Positions 22,705 through 32,363 are shown, numbered from the stretch's first letter. The stretch: DNA of 64,000 nucleotides from Candidatus Latescibacterota bacterium (GCA_965243025.1 CBDETY010000003.1:4960001-5024000), one strand, 5' to 3'. Notes: generated by a model not told the origin, from the sequence alone. A program made the numbers and translations.

Positions 22705-24983
22705 GGATTTCTCCGGTCGACGGCTATCAGCAGTGTCGGAAGAAGAAGGAAGTCCGCTACAAGCGCGAAGACGATGGTGATCGTTACCAACAGGCCGAGT
22801 GCCCAGCTGACCTCGAATCCCGATGTGGCGAACACGAGAAAGCCGGCCGAAAGAACTGCGGTCGTCGTCGATAAAGCATGGCCCACGGTGTGGAAGGTGG
22901 AGCGCACGGACTCCTGCGCCGAATTGCCCTCCCTGCGGGCCTTGAGATACTTGCTCAGAAAATGAACCGTATCGTCCACCACAATTCCGAAGACAACGGC
23001 GATGACCACCGAGGAGGCGATACCGACGTGGCCGACGAGATAACCCCAAAGGCCGAAGCTCATGACGGCGGGAATGAAGTTTGGGAGCAGACTGAGGAGC
23101 CCGATCCGAACGCTCCTGAAAATCCAGATCAGGATGAACGAAATGAGCGCCATGGCAACGATCGTGCCGCGCAGCATGCTGTTGATGTTGCGAAGCGAAA
23201 GGTGGGCGAAGACGACGCTCAAGCCCGATGCTTCACGGGCGAACTCCGGTATGTTGGCATCGAGCCATTCCTGGGCTCTCGTGTCGAGTTCGCGTATTTC
23301 CCGGGACCAGGCATTTCTGGTCACCACGACCATGCGCGTGGCTGATTTTGCGACGTCGATCCGGTCGTTGAGGTCGCTGCCGAAAGGAAGGGAAAGTTCG
23401 TAGAGCAGCAGGTACTGGGCTGCGAGGTTGGGGTCTTCCGGCAGGCGATGGAATGCAGGGTCGTCGCCGTGCATGTTTTTGTTGAGGCGCTTCATGATGT
23501 CGGAAAACGCCTGGACATGGGTCACTTCCGGTTGCTGGCGGTACCACTCGGCGAAAGCGTCGACCTTGCGCAGGTAATCCGGATCGGTAATGCCGCCCTC
23601 GCGTCCTGCACTCAGCGAATACTCCAGCTTGTCCAGACCGGTCAGGTTGTCAATGACAAAATCCGTATCGCGCCGGAACTCGTACCGGTCGTCGAAGTAC
23701 TGCGCCATGTTGTCGCTCAGCTCGATGCGGGGAATGCCGATTACCAGGACCACGACCACCGCCGAGACGGAGCAAAGCAGGACTGTACTCCGAGCGATGA
23801 CGAAGTCGGCGAAACGGTCGAAGAAGGCAGTCCCCTCGGACTGGAAGCGGGGCGGGCGCAGTGGCAGAATCGAGAGCAAAGCAGGCAGGAGCGTCATGGT
23901 GTACAGGAAAGCGCACAACACGCCGAACGCCACGTAGTTGCCCAGGATGTGAAATGGCGGGGAATCAGAGGCGTTCAGGCTGAGAAATCCGATCGCCGTC
24001 GTGACCGAGGTGATAAGAACCGGGGAGGCATTGATGCGGATCGATTCGACAATCGCCGCCTTTTTGTCCAGGCCTCGTCTCATGCACAGTAAAACAGTTG
24101 TGACGATGTGGATTGAATCCGCGATGGCTATGACCATGACGATTATCGGCACGCCGGCGTTGGTAGGGCTGAACACCACGCCGTTCCAGCCGGCGAACCC
24201 AATGGTGGTATTTATGACGAATACCAGCATGGCGACGATGGCCACGGTGCCGAGAAGCGAACGCAGAAGGACGATTGTGGCACCTGTGATGATGACGAAC
24301 ACGACAGGTGTCAGGGTCTGCAGGTCGTCCCGGGTGGCATCGGCGAAAGTCCGATGCTGAACGACATCGCCGGTCATGTAGTAATCGATATCGGGGTGGC
24401 TCGCCCGGGCCTGGTCCAGAAGCGAGTCGAGATAATCGGTGATTTCGACCACGGCCTGGTCCTGGTTTTCCGGCAGGACGAAATTGACGGCCACTCCGGT
24501 CGTGCTTCCGTCATGGGAGACCAGACGACCGGCAATTTCAGCCGCGTCCAGGGCGATCCTCTCGATACGGGCAACGTCCGTATCGGTCAGTGAACGGGCG
24601 TCCTCGACGAGCGGGGCGACAATGAGCTCATCCTCGAAGGCTTCGCTGTGGGTATAGTTGGTAAGAGAGTTGACGCGGCTGGAATACGGCGCGCGCCACG
24701 CAGCATCGGTCAGTTCCTCAATCGCGCCGAGCACCTCCCGGGTAAACACCGAACCCTCGTCCGGGGAAACGGCAATCAGGGCGGTATTGGAAACGGAGTA
24801 GGTGTTTTCCAGAGCGTCGAAGGCGGCGAGTTGCGGATTGTCTTCGCTGAAAAGGACCCGGTAATCGTTGGTAACGGTGATGAAGCGGCCGCCGGCGGCC
24901 ATGGCCAGCATGACCAGAGATGCGAGCAGAACCACCGGCCACCGATAGCGCAGGATGGCGGAAGTGTAGCTGTCCAATCGCAA
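22701..24983 (-). CDS. MMPL/RND family transporter
   Basis: Two repeats of a large periplasmic loop plus TM bundle; IAIADSIH, ITSVTTAIGFLSL and GIVVDDTVHF. Confidence 0.92.
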   Translation of the reverse strand: MRLDSYTSAILRYRWPVVLLASLVMLAMAAGGRFITVTNDYRVLFSEDNPQLAAFDALENTYSVSNTALIAVSPDEGSVFTREVLGAIEELTDAAWRAPYSSRVNSLTNYTHSEAFEDELIVAPLVEDARSLTDTDVARIERIALDAAEIAGRLVSHDGSTTGVAVNFVLPENQDQAVVEITDYLDSLLDQARASHPDIDYYMTGDVVQHRTFADATRDDLQTLTPVVFVIITGATIVLLRSLLGTVAIVAMLVFVINTTIGFAGWNGVVFSPTNAGVPIIVMVIAIADSIHIVTTVLLCMRRGLDKKAAIVESIRINASPVLITSVTTAIGFLSLNASDSPPFHILGNYVAFGVLCAFLYTMTLLPALLSILPLRPPRFQSEGTAFFDRFADFVIARSTVLLCSVSAVVVVLVIGIPRIELSDNMAQYFDDRYEFRRDTDFVIDNLTGLDKLEYSLSAGREGGITDPDYLRKVDAFAEWYRQQPEVTHVQAFSDIMKRLNKNMHGDDPAFHRLPEDPNLAAQYLLLYELSLPFGSDLNDRIDVAKSATRMVVVTRNAWSREIRELDTRAQEWLDANIPEFAREASGLSVVFAHLSLRNINSMLRGTIVAMALISFILIWIFRSVRIGLLSLLPNFIPAVMSFGLWGYLVGHVGIASSVVIAVVFGIVVDDTVHFLSKYLKARREGNSAQESVRSTFHTVGHALSTTTAVLSAGFLVFATSGFEVSWALGLLVTITIVFALVADFLLLPTLLIAVDRRNP

Positions 24984-25143
24984 GTGGGAAACCTCGGGTT
25001 TTACTGAAGAGGGGGGGCGGCCGGCTCACCCACCGGAGCAGAGGAGGGTATCGGCACCGCGGTCCGGGGGGAGCTACGGTTCACCTGGACGAATCCCTGG
25101 CTTTAAACAAACGGGGAATGGGCACAAAGCCTCGAAATCAAAG

Positions 25144-26328
25144 TTACCAGGGGCTTGATTCCGATGCCTTTACGTGATCTGGCATCCGGTAACTCATGCC
25201 GGTCGTTTCGGACTCGTCGTACACCGAGATTTCGAGCATCTGGCAGAAGTTTTCGGACCTGAGCAGTTGCTTGCTCTTCACCAGGCGGCGGAAACGTTGT
25301 TTCATCCGGTACGCAAACAGCGCGCCGAATTTTCTGGTCTTGGGGAACTGCAACTGGTCGGCGAGCTCGTTGCCTATCAGGGCCCGCGAAAGAGTGTAAG
25401 CGAGTTGCATTACAGCCTGCTGTTCTTCCGGGTCGGAAATACCCGCAGTCAATGGGATTGCCCCGACCAAAGCGTTCGCCATGGTCGCCGAATCCTGGTC
25501 CGGGGTCGGCTCGCACATGTGGGCGACCTTGAATATTTCCGCGGCATCGTTCCTGTCGGTAAAGAGGATGCTTTCAGGCACTCCCATGACGTAGCCGGTA
25601 TAGCGCCAGATATGCATGACGCTCTCCTGCTCTTCCGCGTCGAACGTAGCGCCCACCGATGCGGCGTGCTGCAACAGACGCATGGAAAAGACGGTCGTGG
25701 ACAAACCCAGGTGCGCCGCGTGCAACGGCGTGCCATAGGCTTCGAGGTCCCATACGCCGGAGTTCGCCAGCAGGTGCCTCACCCGGGCGTGAACGAAACG
25801 AAGGCGCATCGACAGCTTCCATCCGTCGCCGTTCCTGCGCAGGCCGCCTGGAAAAAACACCTCCAGCAGATGCCGGTTGTTCTGCATCAGGCGCCTTTTC
25901 GCCGTCGACCGGTTCAACACGCGCCCGGTAGTGGCGAAGGATTTGGCGATGAGCGTCGAGAAGCCCTCTATCAGCACCCCGGTGACGAAAGCGACGAGCA
26001 CCCGTGTCGCATTCAGGTGGAAGGCGCGAACACCGGGTCTGAAGGTTTCGTAGTCGAACCAGGGAGGGTTCTCGTTGTCGACTTTGTCGAAGAAATCCCG
26101 CATTACCTGCGGGGCGGTACGCAGAACCTCGCTTTCCTGGTCTATCCCGGCTTTGATGAACCGGTGCAGATCGGTTGGCGGCAGGGAGGCGAGCTCCTCC
26201 ATGACCGGGTCCAGCTCGGGATCCCCGATGGCCGTGTTCCCGATATAGTTGTCCGCTTTCTCCTGGTTGTGGAGACGGGCTTTGGCGTACCCATCGATGT
26301 ATGCGGAAGGTGGGGTTAACGGTTTCAT
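25144..26328 (-). CDS. MpaB/Lcp (DUF2236)-type heme oxygenase
   Basis: Motifs GDPELD, PPWFD, TGR...RRL, GWK..RLRFVHARVR (heme His) and HIWRYTGYVMGVP. Confidence 0.82.
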   Translation of the reverse strand: MKPLTPPSAYIDGYAKARLHNQEKADNYIGNTAIGDPELDPVMEELASLPPTDLHRFIKAGIDQESEVLRTAPQVMRDFFDKVDNENPPWFDYETFRPGVRAFHLNATRVLVAFVTGVLIEGFSTLIAKSFATTGRVLNRSTAKRRLMQNNRHLLEVFFPGGLRRNGDGWKLSMRLRFVHARVRHLLANSGVWDLEAYGTPLHAAHLGLSTTVFSMRLLQHAASVGATFDAEEQESVMHIWRYTGYVMGVPESILFTDRNDAAEIFKVAHMCEPTPDQDSATMANALVGAIPLTAGISDPEEQQAVMQLAYTLSRALIGNELADQLQFPKTRKFGALFAYRMKQRFRRLVKSKQLLRSENFCQMLEISVYDESETTGMSYRMPDHVKASESSPW

Positions 26329-26608
26329 GCTGCTGGCAGCGTTGTGAGAAATCCCATTGTCCGACTGGCTGCAGGAGGTTGCCGGGAACGGTTCTTCCGA
26401 GGTTACTGCCGGGATGTTTCGGGTGGAGATTTCAACCTGAAGGGCCGGTGAATTCTGGTGGTGCAGGGGGGGTCTGCGTAATTGACGCTGATTATACGGA
26501 TTCCTTCGAGGATCCGCTACATATCAGGACGCGGATCCGGTCCAGGATGCCGGTCTTCAGGGATCTGGAGATCTGCCGCTCCCGGCCCCCCGGGAGCTGC
26601 GGGCGGAC

Positions 26609-26944
26609 TCACTTTTCCAGAATGAATTCGCAGCCGAACCCGACGGTTTTTTCTTCGAGCAGCTGCAGCGAGAGCTCGGGGAATTTGAGGATCCGCCAGC
26701 CGTCCCGCATGGCCTCGCCGACCGATGCGTACGGCCAGTCTCCGGGATTGTCGGGACCCTCGAGGAGCTCGCCGTTCTCGACCAGCGCCATCCCGATGAC
26801 CTCGGAGTCGATCGCCGTCGAACGGCACTGCAGATAGAGCAACCTTTGCGTCCGGTTGCCATCGAGGACCAGCTCCAGGTCTTCCTCGGTGAGGGATCCC
26901 GCCCGTAATTTCTCCAGCCACTGCAATACCGTCTCGCGGTCCAT
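26609..26944 (-). CDS. Small hypothetical protein
   Basis: Protein-like 111-aa ORF (QRLLYL...WPYASVGEAMRDGWRILKFP...CEFILEK), divergent from the tautomerase gene. Confidence 0.65.
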   Translation of the reverse strand: MDRETVLQWLEKLRAGSLTEEDLELVLDGNRTQRLLYLQCRSTAIDSEVIGMALVENGELLEGPDNPGDWPYASVGEAMRDGWRILKFPELSLQLLEEKTVGFGCEFILEK

Positions 26945-27000
26945 ATCATCAATCACCGTTCCACACCGGCGGACTGCACGCCGGAAGGAGAAACGCCAAC

Positions 27001-27189
27001 ATGCCATTCATCGAGGTCAAGATGCTGTCGGGTCGTTCGGATGACCAGAAGAAGAAGCTTGCCGCCGCCATCACCGATGCCATCGTCGACATTTGCCAAT
27101 CCCCCCGCGACGGCACCATGGTCGTGATCGAAGAGTACGAGTCGGATCACTGGGCGGTTGGCGGGCAGATGGTTTCCGAACGGGGGTAA
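27001..27189 (+). CDS. 4-oxalocrotonate tautomerase family protein
   Basis: N-terminal catalytic Pro (MPFIEV), GRSDDQKKKL, V.IEE and WAVGG. AAGGAG RBS upstream. Confidence 0.92.
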   Translation: MPFIEVKMLSGRSDDQKKKLAAAITDAIVDICQSPRDGTMVVIEEYESDHWAVGGQMVSERG

Positions 27190-27210
27190 CCGTGCGCCGG
27201 GAGGTCGCAG

Positions 27211-28230
27211 TCAGAACTCGTTGCGCACCTTTGCCGGCGCCCCGCTCCGCAGGGACTCCCAGCAGGAGAGGCCCGTCGACACGATCCGGGCGCCGTCCCG
27301 CACGCCCACCCACGGCGTCGCCCCGTTCAGGACGCAGTCGGCCATGTGGCGCATCATCACCTGCATTTCGCCGTAATGGCCGTGGCTTCCGGAGAATTCG
27401 GTGGTGTGTTCCGACATCGGAACGAGGCCCCGCGGGTCGAGCGCCTTGCGGTTGTCGCAGATGGTCCCCCTGGTCCCGTACAGGGTAAGACTGACCCCGC
27501 CGACGCCCGGGGGATGCACCATTCCCAGGAAGGCCGCCACGCGGCCGATGGCGCCGCTGGCGAAGCGGACGTTGATGACGAAGTTGTCCTCCTGGGGGTA
27601 GTCCGGGGCCACCCCGCTGCGCAGTCCGTAGCAGTGCACTTCCTCGATGTCCCCGAAAAACCAGCGCAGCAGGTCGATCGGATGGCAGGCGCCCCCGAGG
27701 ATGAGGTCCTGCGGCATGGTGAGACGCCACGGCGAGTAGTCGTACACCGGCCGCAGGTCGTGGATGTAGTGGGCCTCGCCCAGAAACAGCTCGCCGATTT
27801 CTCCCGCGTCGCAGGCGCGCCTGGCCTCCATCAGGTCGTAGCGCCCGCGCATCGTCTGCGTGACCAGGAGCACGAGCCCCGAGCGGTCGACCGCCTCGAC
27901 GACCGCCTCGACCTCCGCCATGGTGTAGACCATCGACTTGGTGACCATCACGTGCTTGCCTGCGTCGAGGGCCTTGAGGATCTGTTGCGCGTGCAGAGGT
28001 CCCGGTGTGTAGATGCCGATGATGTCGAGGTCGTCCCGGGCGACGAGCTCGTCGTACTCCGCAGTCGCCCGGTCGATCCCGTATTCGCGGGCGACGCTGT
28101 CCAGCAGCTCGGGCCGGGTCTCGCACAGGGCGGTCACCCGCATCGGCAGATCGCCGCTCTGCGGGTCGTTGGCCCCGAGAAGGGTGCGCCCGTGGCCGAG
28201 TCCGGCCAGGCCGATTCTCAGCTCGCTCAT
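27211..28230 (-). CDS. Gfo/Idh/MocA family oxidoreductase
   Basis: Motifs IGLAGLGHG, TPGPLH, AGKHVMVTK, GEIGE and GACHPID. Start placed at ATG 28230. Confidence 0.9.
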   Translation of the reverse strand: MSELRIGLAGLGHGRTLLGANDPQSGDLPMRVTALCETRPELLDSVAREYGIDRATAEYDELVARDDLDIIGIYTPGPLHAQQILKALDAGKHVMVTKSMVYTMAEVEAVVEAVDRSGLVLLVTQTMRGRYDLMEARRACDAGEIGELFLGEAHYIHDLRPVYDYSPWRLTMPQDLILGGACHPIDLLRWFFGDIEEVHCYGLRSGVAPDYPQEDNFVINVRFASGAIGRVAAFLGMVHPPGVGGVSLTLYGTRGTICDNRKALDPRGLVPMSEHTTEFSGSHGHYGEMQVMMRHMADCVLNGATPWVGVRDGARIVSTGLSCWESLRSGAPAKVRNEF

Positions 28231-29054
28231 CGCGCCCCCTGCCCCGCCAGTTCCGGGTACTGCGGTCCCTGGACGACCTCCCCGACCGCGACGTTTTCCA
28301 CCCGCGCCATGCGCTCGTTCCAGCTGTCCCCGAGACGGCGCGTGGTCCCCGGCATGAGGTGCAGGATGTAGCTGTAGCGGGGGTTTCCGGTGCTGTTCCC
28401 GTACGACCCGTGAAGGGTTCTGCAGTGGTGGAAATGGCAGTGGCCGGCCTTCACCTCGCAGGGAACCGGAGCGAGGTCGGCCCCCTCGGGAACACCTTCC
28501 TGCTCGAGCACCCAGTGCGGGTCGCCGACATCGACGTCCTCGCGGCTGAACGGCATCTCCCAGCGGTGACTGCCCGGGATTACGCACATGCAGCCGTTGG
28601 CCGTGGTCGCGTCGTCGAGGGCGATCCAGCAGGTGAACAGCTCGGGGGGGCCGACGTGGTCCCAGAAGGTGTAGTCGCGGTGCCAGGCGAGCACCGCGTC
28701 CTGCTCGCGCGGGGGCTTGTAGATCATCTGGTCCTCCCAGACGCGCACCGGCGCTTCGGCCAGGTCGTGGGCCAGGCTGCCGATCGCTTCGTTTTTCAGG
28801 ACTTCCGCGAAAACCGGGTCGTGGCGGAACAGGTTGACGATCTTCTGCGACGGGAGCTGGCCCCTCGCCCGGGAGCGCTCCACGGTTTCTCCCTTCAGGT
28901 GCGCGGGGTGGTCGACGCTGCCGTCGAGAAGCCCGTCGATGCGGCGCTTCAGCCCGTCGATCTGACCGTCGTCGAGAACGCGCGGGCCGACTGTGTACCC
29001 CATGTCCCGGTACTGCCGGATCTGTTCGCCGGTAAGGTGCATCGGTCCTCTCAT
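28227..29054 (-). CDS. PhyH family Fe(II)/2OG dioxygenase
   Basis: Motifs WHRD, WIALDD, NGCM.VIPGSH and TLHGS..N...PR. Confidence 0.9.
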   Translation of the reverse strand: MRGPMHLTGEQIRQYRDMGYTVGPRVLDDGQIDGLKRRIDGLLDGSVDHPAHLKGETVERSRARGQLPSQKIVNLFRHDPVFAEVLKNEAIGSLAHDLAEAPVRVWEDQMIYKPPREQDAVLAWHRDYTFWDHVGPPELFTCWIALDDATTANGCMCVIPGSHRWEMPFSREDVDVGDPHWVLEQEGVPEGADLAPVPCEVKAGHCHFHHCRTLHGSYGNSTGNPRYSYILHLMPGTTRRLGDSWNERMARVENVAVGEVVQGPQYPELAGQGAR

Positions 29055-29482
29055 GCAGCAGTTTCCTCCGGGCCGACCACGGCGACTGCGTCGATCTCGA
29101 TCATGGCGTCCTCGTGGGCGAGCCCGGAAACCTGCACCAGGGTCGAGGCAGGCAGCCGGCAGCGGTCGAAAAACTCCAGGCGCACCTCGTGAATGGCGCG
29201 GAAGTCGCTGAGATCGGTGACGAAAACCTGAACGCGCACCACGTCGTCGAAGGTCGCCCCTCCCGCTGTCAACGCCTTGCCGATGTTGAGCAGCACCTGT
29301 CTCGTCTGCGCGCGCATGTCGCCTGCGCCGACGATGTTCATGTCGTCGTCGAAGGCCAGCTGCCCCGACACGAACAGCAGATTCCCCCTGCCGGCGCGGA
29401 CCGCGTTCGAAAACGCCACCGGTCCTGCGAAGGTGCCCTCCCTGGCGACCGGGCCGGGCATCGGGTACACGGTATTACTCAC
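29051..29482 (-). CDS. RidA/YjgF family protein
   Basis: Motifs FSNAV, LFVSGQ, QTRQVL.NI, PASTLVQV..L and IEIDAVA. Probable GTG start at 29482. Confidence 0.9.
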   Translation of the reverse strand: MSNTVYPMPGPVAREGTFAGPVAFSNAVRAGRGNLLFVSGQLAFDDDMNIVGAGDMRAQTRQVLLNIGKALTAGGATFDDVVRVQVFVTDLSDFRAIHEVRLEFFDRCRLPASTLVQVSGLAHEDAMIEIDAVAVVGPEETAA

Positions 29483-29484
29483 AG

Positions 29485-30585
29485 TCAACTCCCCGCCGCC
29501 GCCTCTTTTTTGCGGCGTTCCAGCTCTTCGGGGAAAGGCCGGCGCAGGTCGTAACGCCCCTCCGCCAGCACCGGCAGGCTGCCGTCGGCGATCATCAGGT
29601 CGAGCGGGCATTCGCGGGTCTGCAAAGGCATGGTCACCACGTTTTTAGTACGCAGCGATTCGAAGATCCCCATCAGGATCTCCAGCGTTGCCCGCCCCTG
29701 GCGGCCGTTGCCGCGGTGGTCGGCCGCCTTTCCCTCGATCCAGGCGATCAGCTCCCGGTACTGCGTCGTCCGCACAGGGGAGGGCTCGATCTCGATCCAC
29801 GAGGCGTGATTCAGGCGCTGCAGAAAGATCCGTCCCGACGGAATCGGGCCCTGGTTTTCGGCGCGGATCTGGCCCTCGGTGCCCGAAATCACCGGCATCC
29901 CCGCCGCCGGCTCCGGCAGGTCCCCTTCATACACCGCGCGGGCCCCGCCGGCAAAACAGACCAGGCCCATGCACAGGTCTTCGCAGGGACTTCGCCGTTC
30001 CCAGCGGTCGGTGGTGCGCGAGAAATTCCCGATGACCCACTCGGTTTCCGGATCGCCCAGCATGTAGCGCCAGCTGTCGACGGCATGGGTGCCGGTGTTG
30101 AGCAGCCCGGCATTCGGCTTGGCGCGGTGGTACAGCATCGTCGGCTCGCCGATGGCGCCTTCGGCGACCAGCCGGCGAATCTCGTTCACGGCCGGGGTGA
30201 AACGGCCGTGATGTCCGATGGCGAGTTTGACGCCGTGCCGGTCGCAGGCTTCAATCATGTCGTCGGCCCCGCCGAGACAGTCCGCCATCGGCTTCTCGCC
30301 GATCACCGCCTTGACGCCGCTGCGGGCGGCGGCAACGGTTACCTCGGCGCGTACCCCCTGCCAGGTCGGCACGCTGACGATGTCGAGATCCTCCTTTTCG
30401 AGCATCTCCCGGTAGTCGCCGTAGAGGGCGGGGATTGAATGCGCTTCCGCAAGTGCCTGCGCCGCGGCGGCGTCGATGTCCGAGGCCGCGACTACAACCG
30501 TCTCTTCGAGGTCGGCGAACGCCTGGGCATGCGAGCGGCCCATGCCGCCGCAGCCGACGATTCCGACCCGGTACTTCTCGTCCAT
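29485..30585 (-). CDS. Gfo/Idh/MocA family oxidoreductase
   Basis: Motifs VGIVGCGGMG, EKPMA and GTHAVD. Start placed at ATG 30585. Confidence 0.9.
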   Translation of the reverse strand: MDEKYRVGIVGCGGMGRSHAQAFADLEETVVVAASDIDAAAAQALAEAHSIPALYGDYREMLEKEDLDIVSVPTWQGVRAEVTVAAARSGVKAVIGEKPMADCLGGADDMIEACDRHGVKLAIGHHGRFTPAVNEIRRLVAEGAIGEPTMLYHRAKPNAGLLNTGTHAVDSWRYMLGDPETEWVIGNFSRTTDRWERRSPCEDLCMGLVCFAGGARAVYEGDLPEPAAGMPVISGTEGQIRAENQGPIPSGRIFLQRLNHASWIEIEPSPVRTTQYRELIAWIEGKAADHRGNGRQGRATLEILMGIFESLRTKNVVTMPLQTRECPLDLMIADGSLPVLAEGRYDLRRPFPEELERRKKEAAAGS

Positions 30586-30704
30586 GAGTGCTCCAGTTTT
30601 GTTTTCGGGCAGCCCGGGGCCGCCGGAACAGGGCTGCAACAACAGGCAGGCGGGGAGTGGGACGGGCGCTCCCACAGGCCGGCCGGAATGGGCTACATCA
30701 TACG

Positions 30705-31550
30705 ATGACGGGGATAACGCGACAACAGATGGCCGCCGCGCTCGGTGAAACCGGGGTGCGCAGGGGCTCGGTGCTGTTCGTGCACAGCTCGCTGAGCAGT
30801 ATCGGCACCGTCGCCGGCGGAGCGTCCGAGGCGGTTGCGGCGATCCGGGAGGTCCTCGGGGCCGCCGGCACCCTGGCGGTGCCGGCGTTTACCTTCTCCC
30901 ATCCCGGCGGCCCGGTTTTCGATCCGCGGCGGGAGCGTTCGCAGATGGGGGCGGTTTCCGAGGAGGTGCGCTCCCTTCCGGAGGCCAGGCGCAGCCGCCA
31001 CTACCTCCATTCCGTCGCCGCCGCGGGCCCTCGGAGCGAAGAGCTCACCTGCCGCCACGGCGCCTCCGCGTGGGCGGCCGACGGCCCTTTCTGGCAGCTG
31101 TTCGAGCTCGACGCCGACATCCTGCTGCTCGGGGTGCCGTACACCCGCTGCACCCAGTTTCACGTCGTCGAGCAGATGGTGCAGGTGCCGTACCGCCAGT
31201 GGGTTCCGGTCGAGGCGCGGGTAGTCGAGGCGGACGGCAGCCGCAGGAGCCTGCCGACCTGCGCCTACACCCCGAAGAAGGGGTTCGCGGGCAACGACTT
31301 CAACAAGTTCGGGCGCCTGCTCGAAGGACGGGGACTGGTGAGGAAGGGAAGGGTGGGCAACGCCGTCTGCCGCCTGCTGCGGGCGCGCGACGTGCTGGAG
31401 GTGGGCGTCGCCGAGTACCGGAAGGATCAGTCCCTGTTCGTGAAGACGGGCGGCGGCCTCACTCCCCTGTCGGACGGGGTGCTGGTGGCCGGAAACGGCA
31501 CCGAGAGATGGGTCGCCGACCCGTCGCAGGTTTATCCCGCCGACTCCTGA
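30705..31550 (+). CDS. AAC(3)/YokD-family N-acetyltransferase
   Basis: Motifs VHSSLSSIG, GTLAVPAFT, MGAVSE, RS.H..HSVAA.G and LLLGV.Y..CT.FH. Confidence 0.85.
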   Translation: MTGITRQQMAAALGETGVRRGSVLFVHSSLSSIGTVAGGASEAVAAIREVLGAAGTLAVPAFTFSHPGGPVFDPRRERSQMGAVSEEVRSLPEARRSRHYLHSVAAAGPRSEELTCRHGASAWAADGPFWQLFELDADILLLGVPYTRCTQFHVVEQMVQVPYRQWVPVEARVVEADGSRRSLPTCAYTPKKGFAGNDFNKFGRLLEGRGLVRKGRVGNAVCRLLRARDVLEVGVAEYRKDQSLFVKTGGGLTPLSDGVLVAGNGTERWVADPSQVYPADS

Positions 31551-32254
31551 ACCCACTCGACCACCGCCGCGACCATGGCCGCGGCGGCCCCGTCGCTGAA
31601 GACGTGGTCGGCGCCCTCGATCTCGACGAGGCGGGGCGTTGTTTTTTCCGCCCGGGCCAGGATGTCGCGGGAGTCCTCCGGCGGCACCACGTCGTCCTCG
31701 CTGCCGTGGACCAGAAGCCAGGGGACGCCGATCGCAGCCCCGCGGTCGACGACGCTGGAGATTGCGGCCATGTCGTCCATGAAGACCTGCGACAGGGGGC
31801 AGTCCTCCTCCTCCCACATGAACCCGGAGCCGGGAACGACGCCGCCGAACTCCCGCCGCGCGAACGCTTCGGTGTGAACCATGCCGGCAAGCGAAACCAG
31901 CCAGCGCAGGCGTTCGTCCTCGCTGGCGCGGATGACGCCCACCGCTCCCCCCATGCTGTGGCCGATGTAGCCGGCGCGGCGGTCCCCGACGGCGTCGAGG
32001 ACGGCTCCCAGGTCGGCGACTTCCTTGCTGATCGTGCAGTCCTGAAAGCGGCCCCCGGAAATGCCGTTTCCTGAAAACGAAAAGCGCAGCGCCGAAATGC
32101 CGGCCGCGGCCAGGCCTTCGGCGAGGGCGGTCACGAAGGGGCGGTCCTTGTTTCCTGTAACCCCGTGTCCCAGTACGGCGAGGCGGTCGCCGCCGGCATC
32201 GTGACAGGTATAGTCGATCTCTTCCCCGTGCCCGTTGGTGATTCTTCCGAACAT
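31532..32254 (-). CDS. Alpha/beta hydrolase
   Basis: Motifs HGVTGNKD, RFSFSGNG.S.G, GHSMGG, HGSEDDVV and GADH. Start placed at ATG 32254. Confidence 0.88.
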   Translation of the reverse strand: MFGRITNGHGEEIDYTCHDAGGDRLAVLGHGVTGNKDRPFVTALAEGLAAAGISALRFSFSGNGISGGRFQDCTISKEVADLGAVLDAVGDRRAGYIGHSMGGAVGVIRASEDERLRWLVSLAGMVHTEAFARREFGGVVPGSGFMWEEEDCPLSQVFMDDMAAISSVVDRGAAIGVPWLLVHGSEDDVVPPEDSRDILARAEKTTPRLVEIEGADHVFSDGAAAAMVAAVVEWVQESAG

Positions 32255-32363
32255 GCGGTTTTTCCCTTTCCGATTGACTGGCCCCGGATGCGCCGAGCCC
32301 TTGCGGCGGGGCAAGGCGGCCCCCCTCTCCGGCAGTGGAACCCGCTGGCTGGGAGCGGGCGCT

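Noticed and set aside
30705-31550. Aminoglycoside resistance gene
   Set aside because: Family membership alone does not show resistance; the context is catabolic and not mobile.
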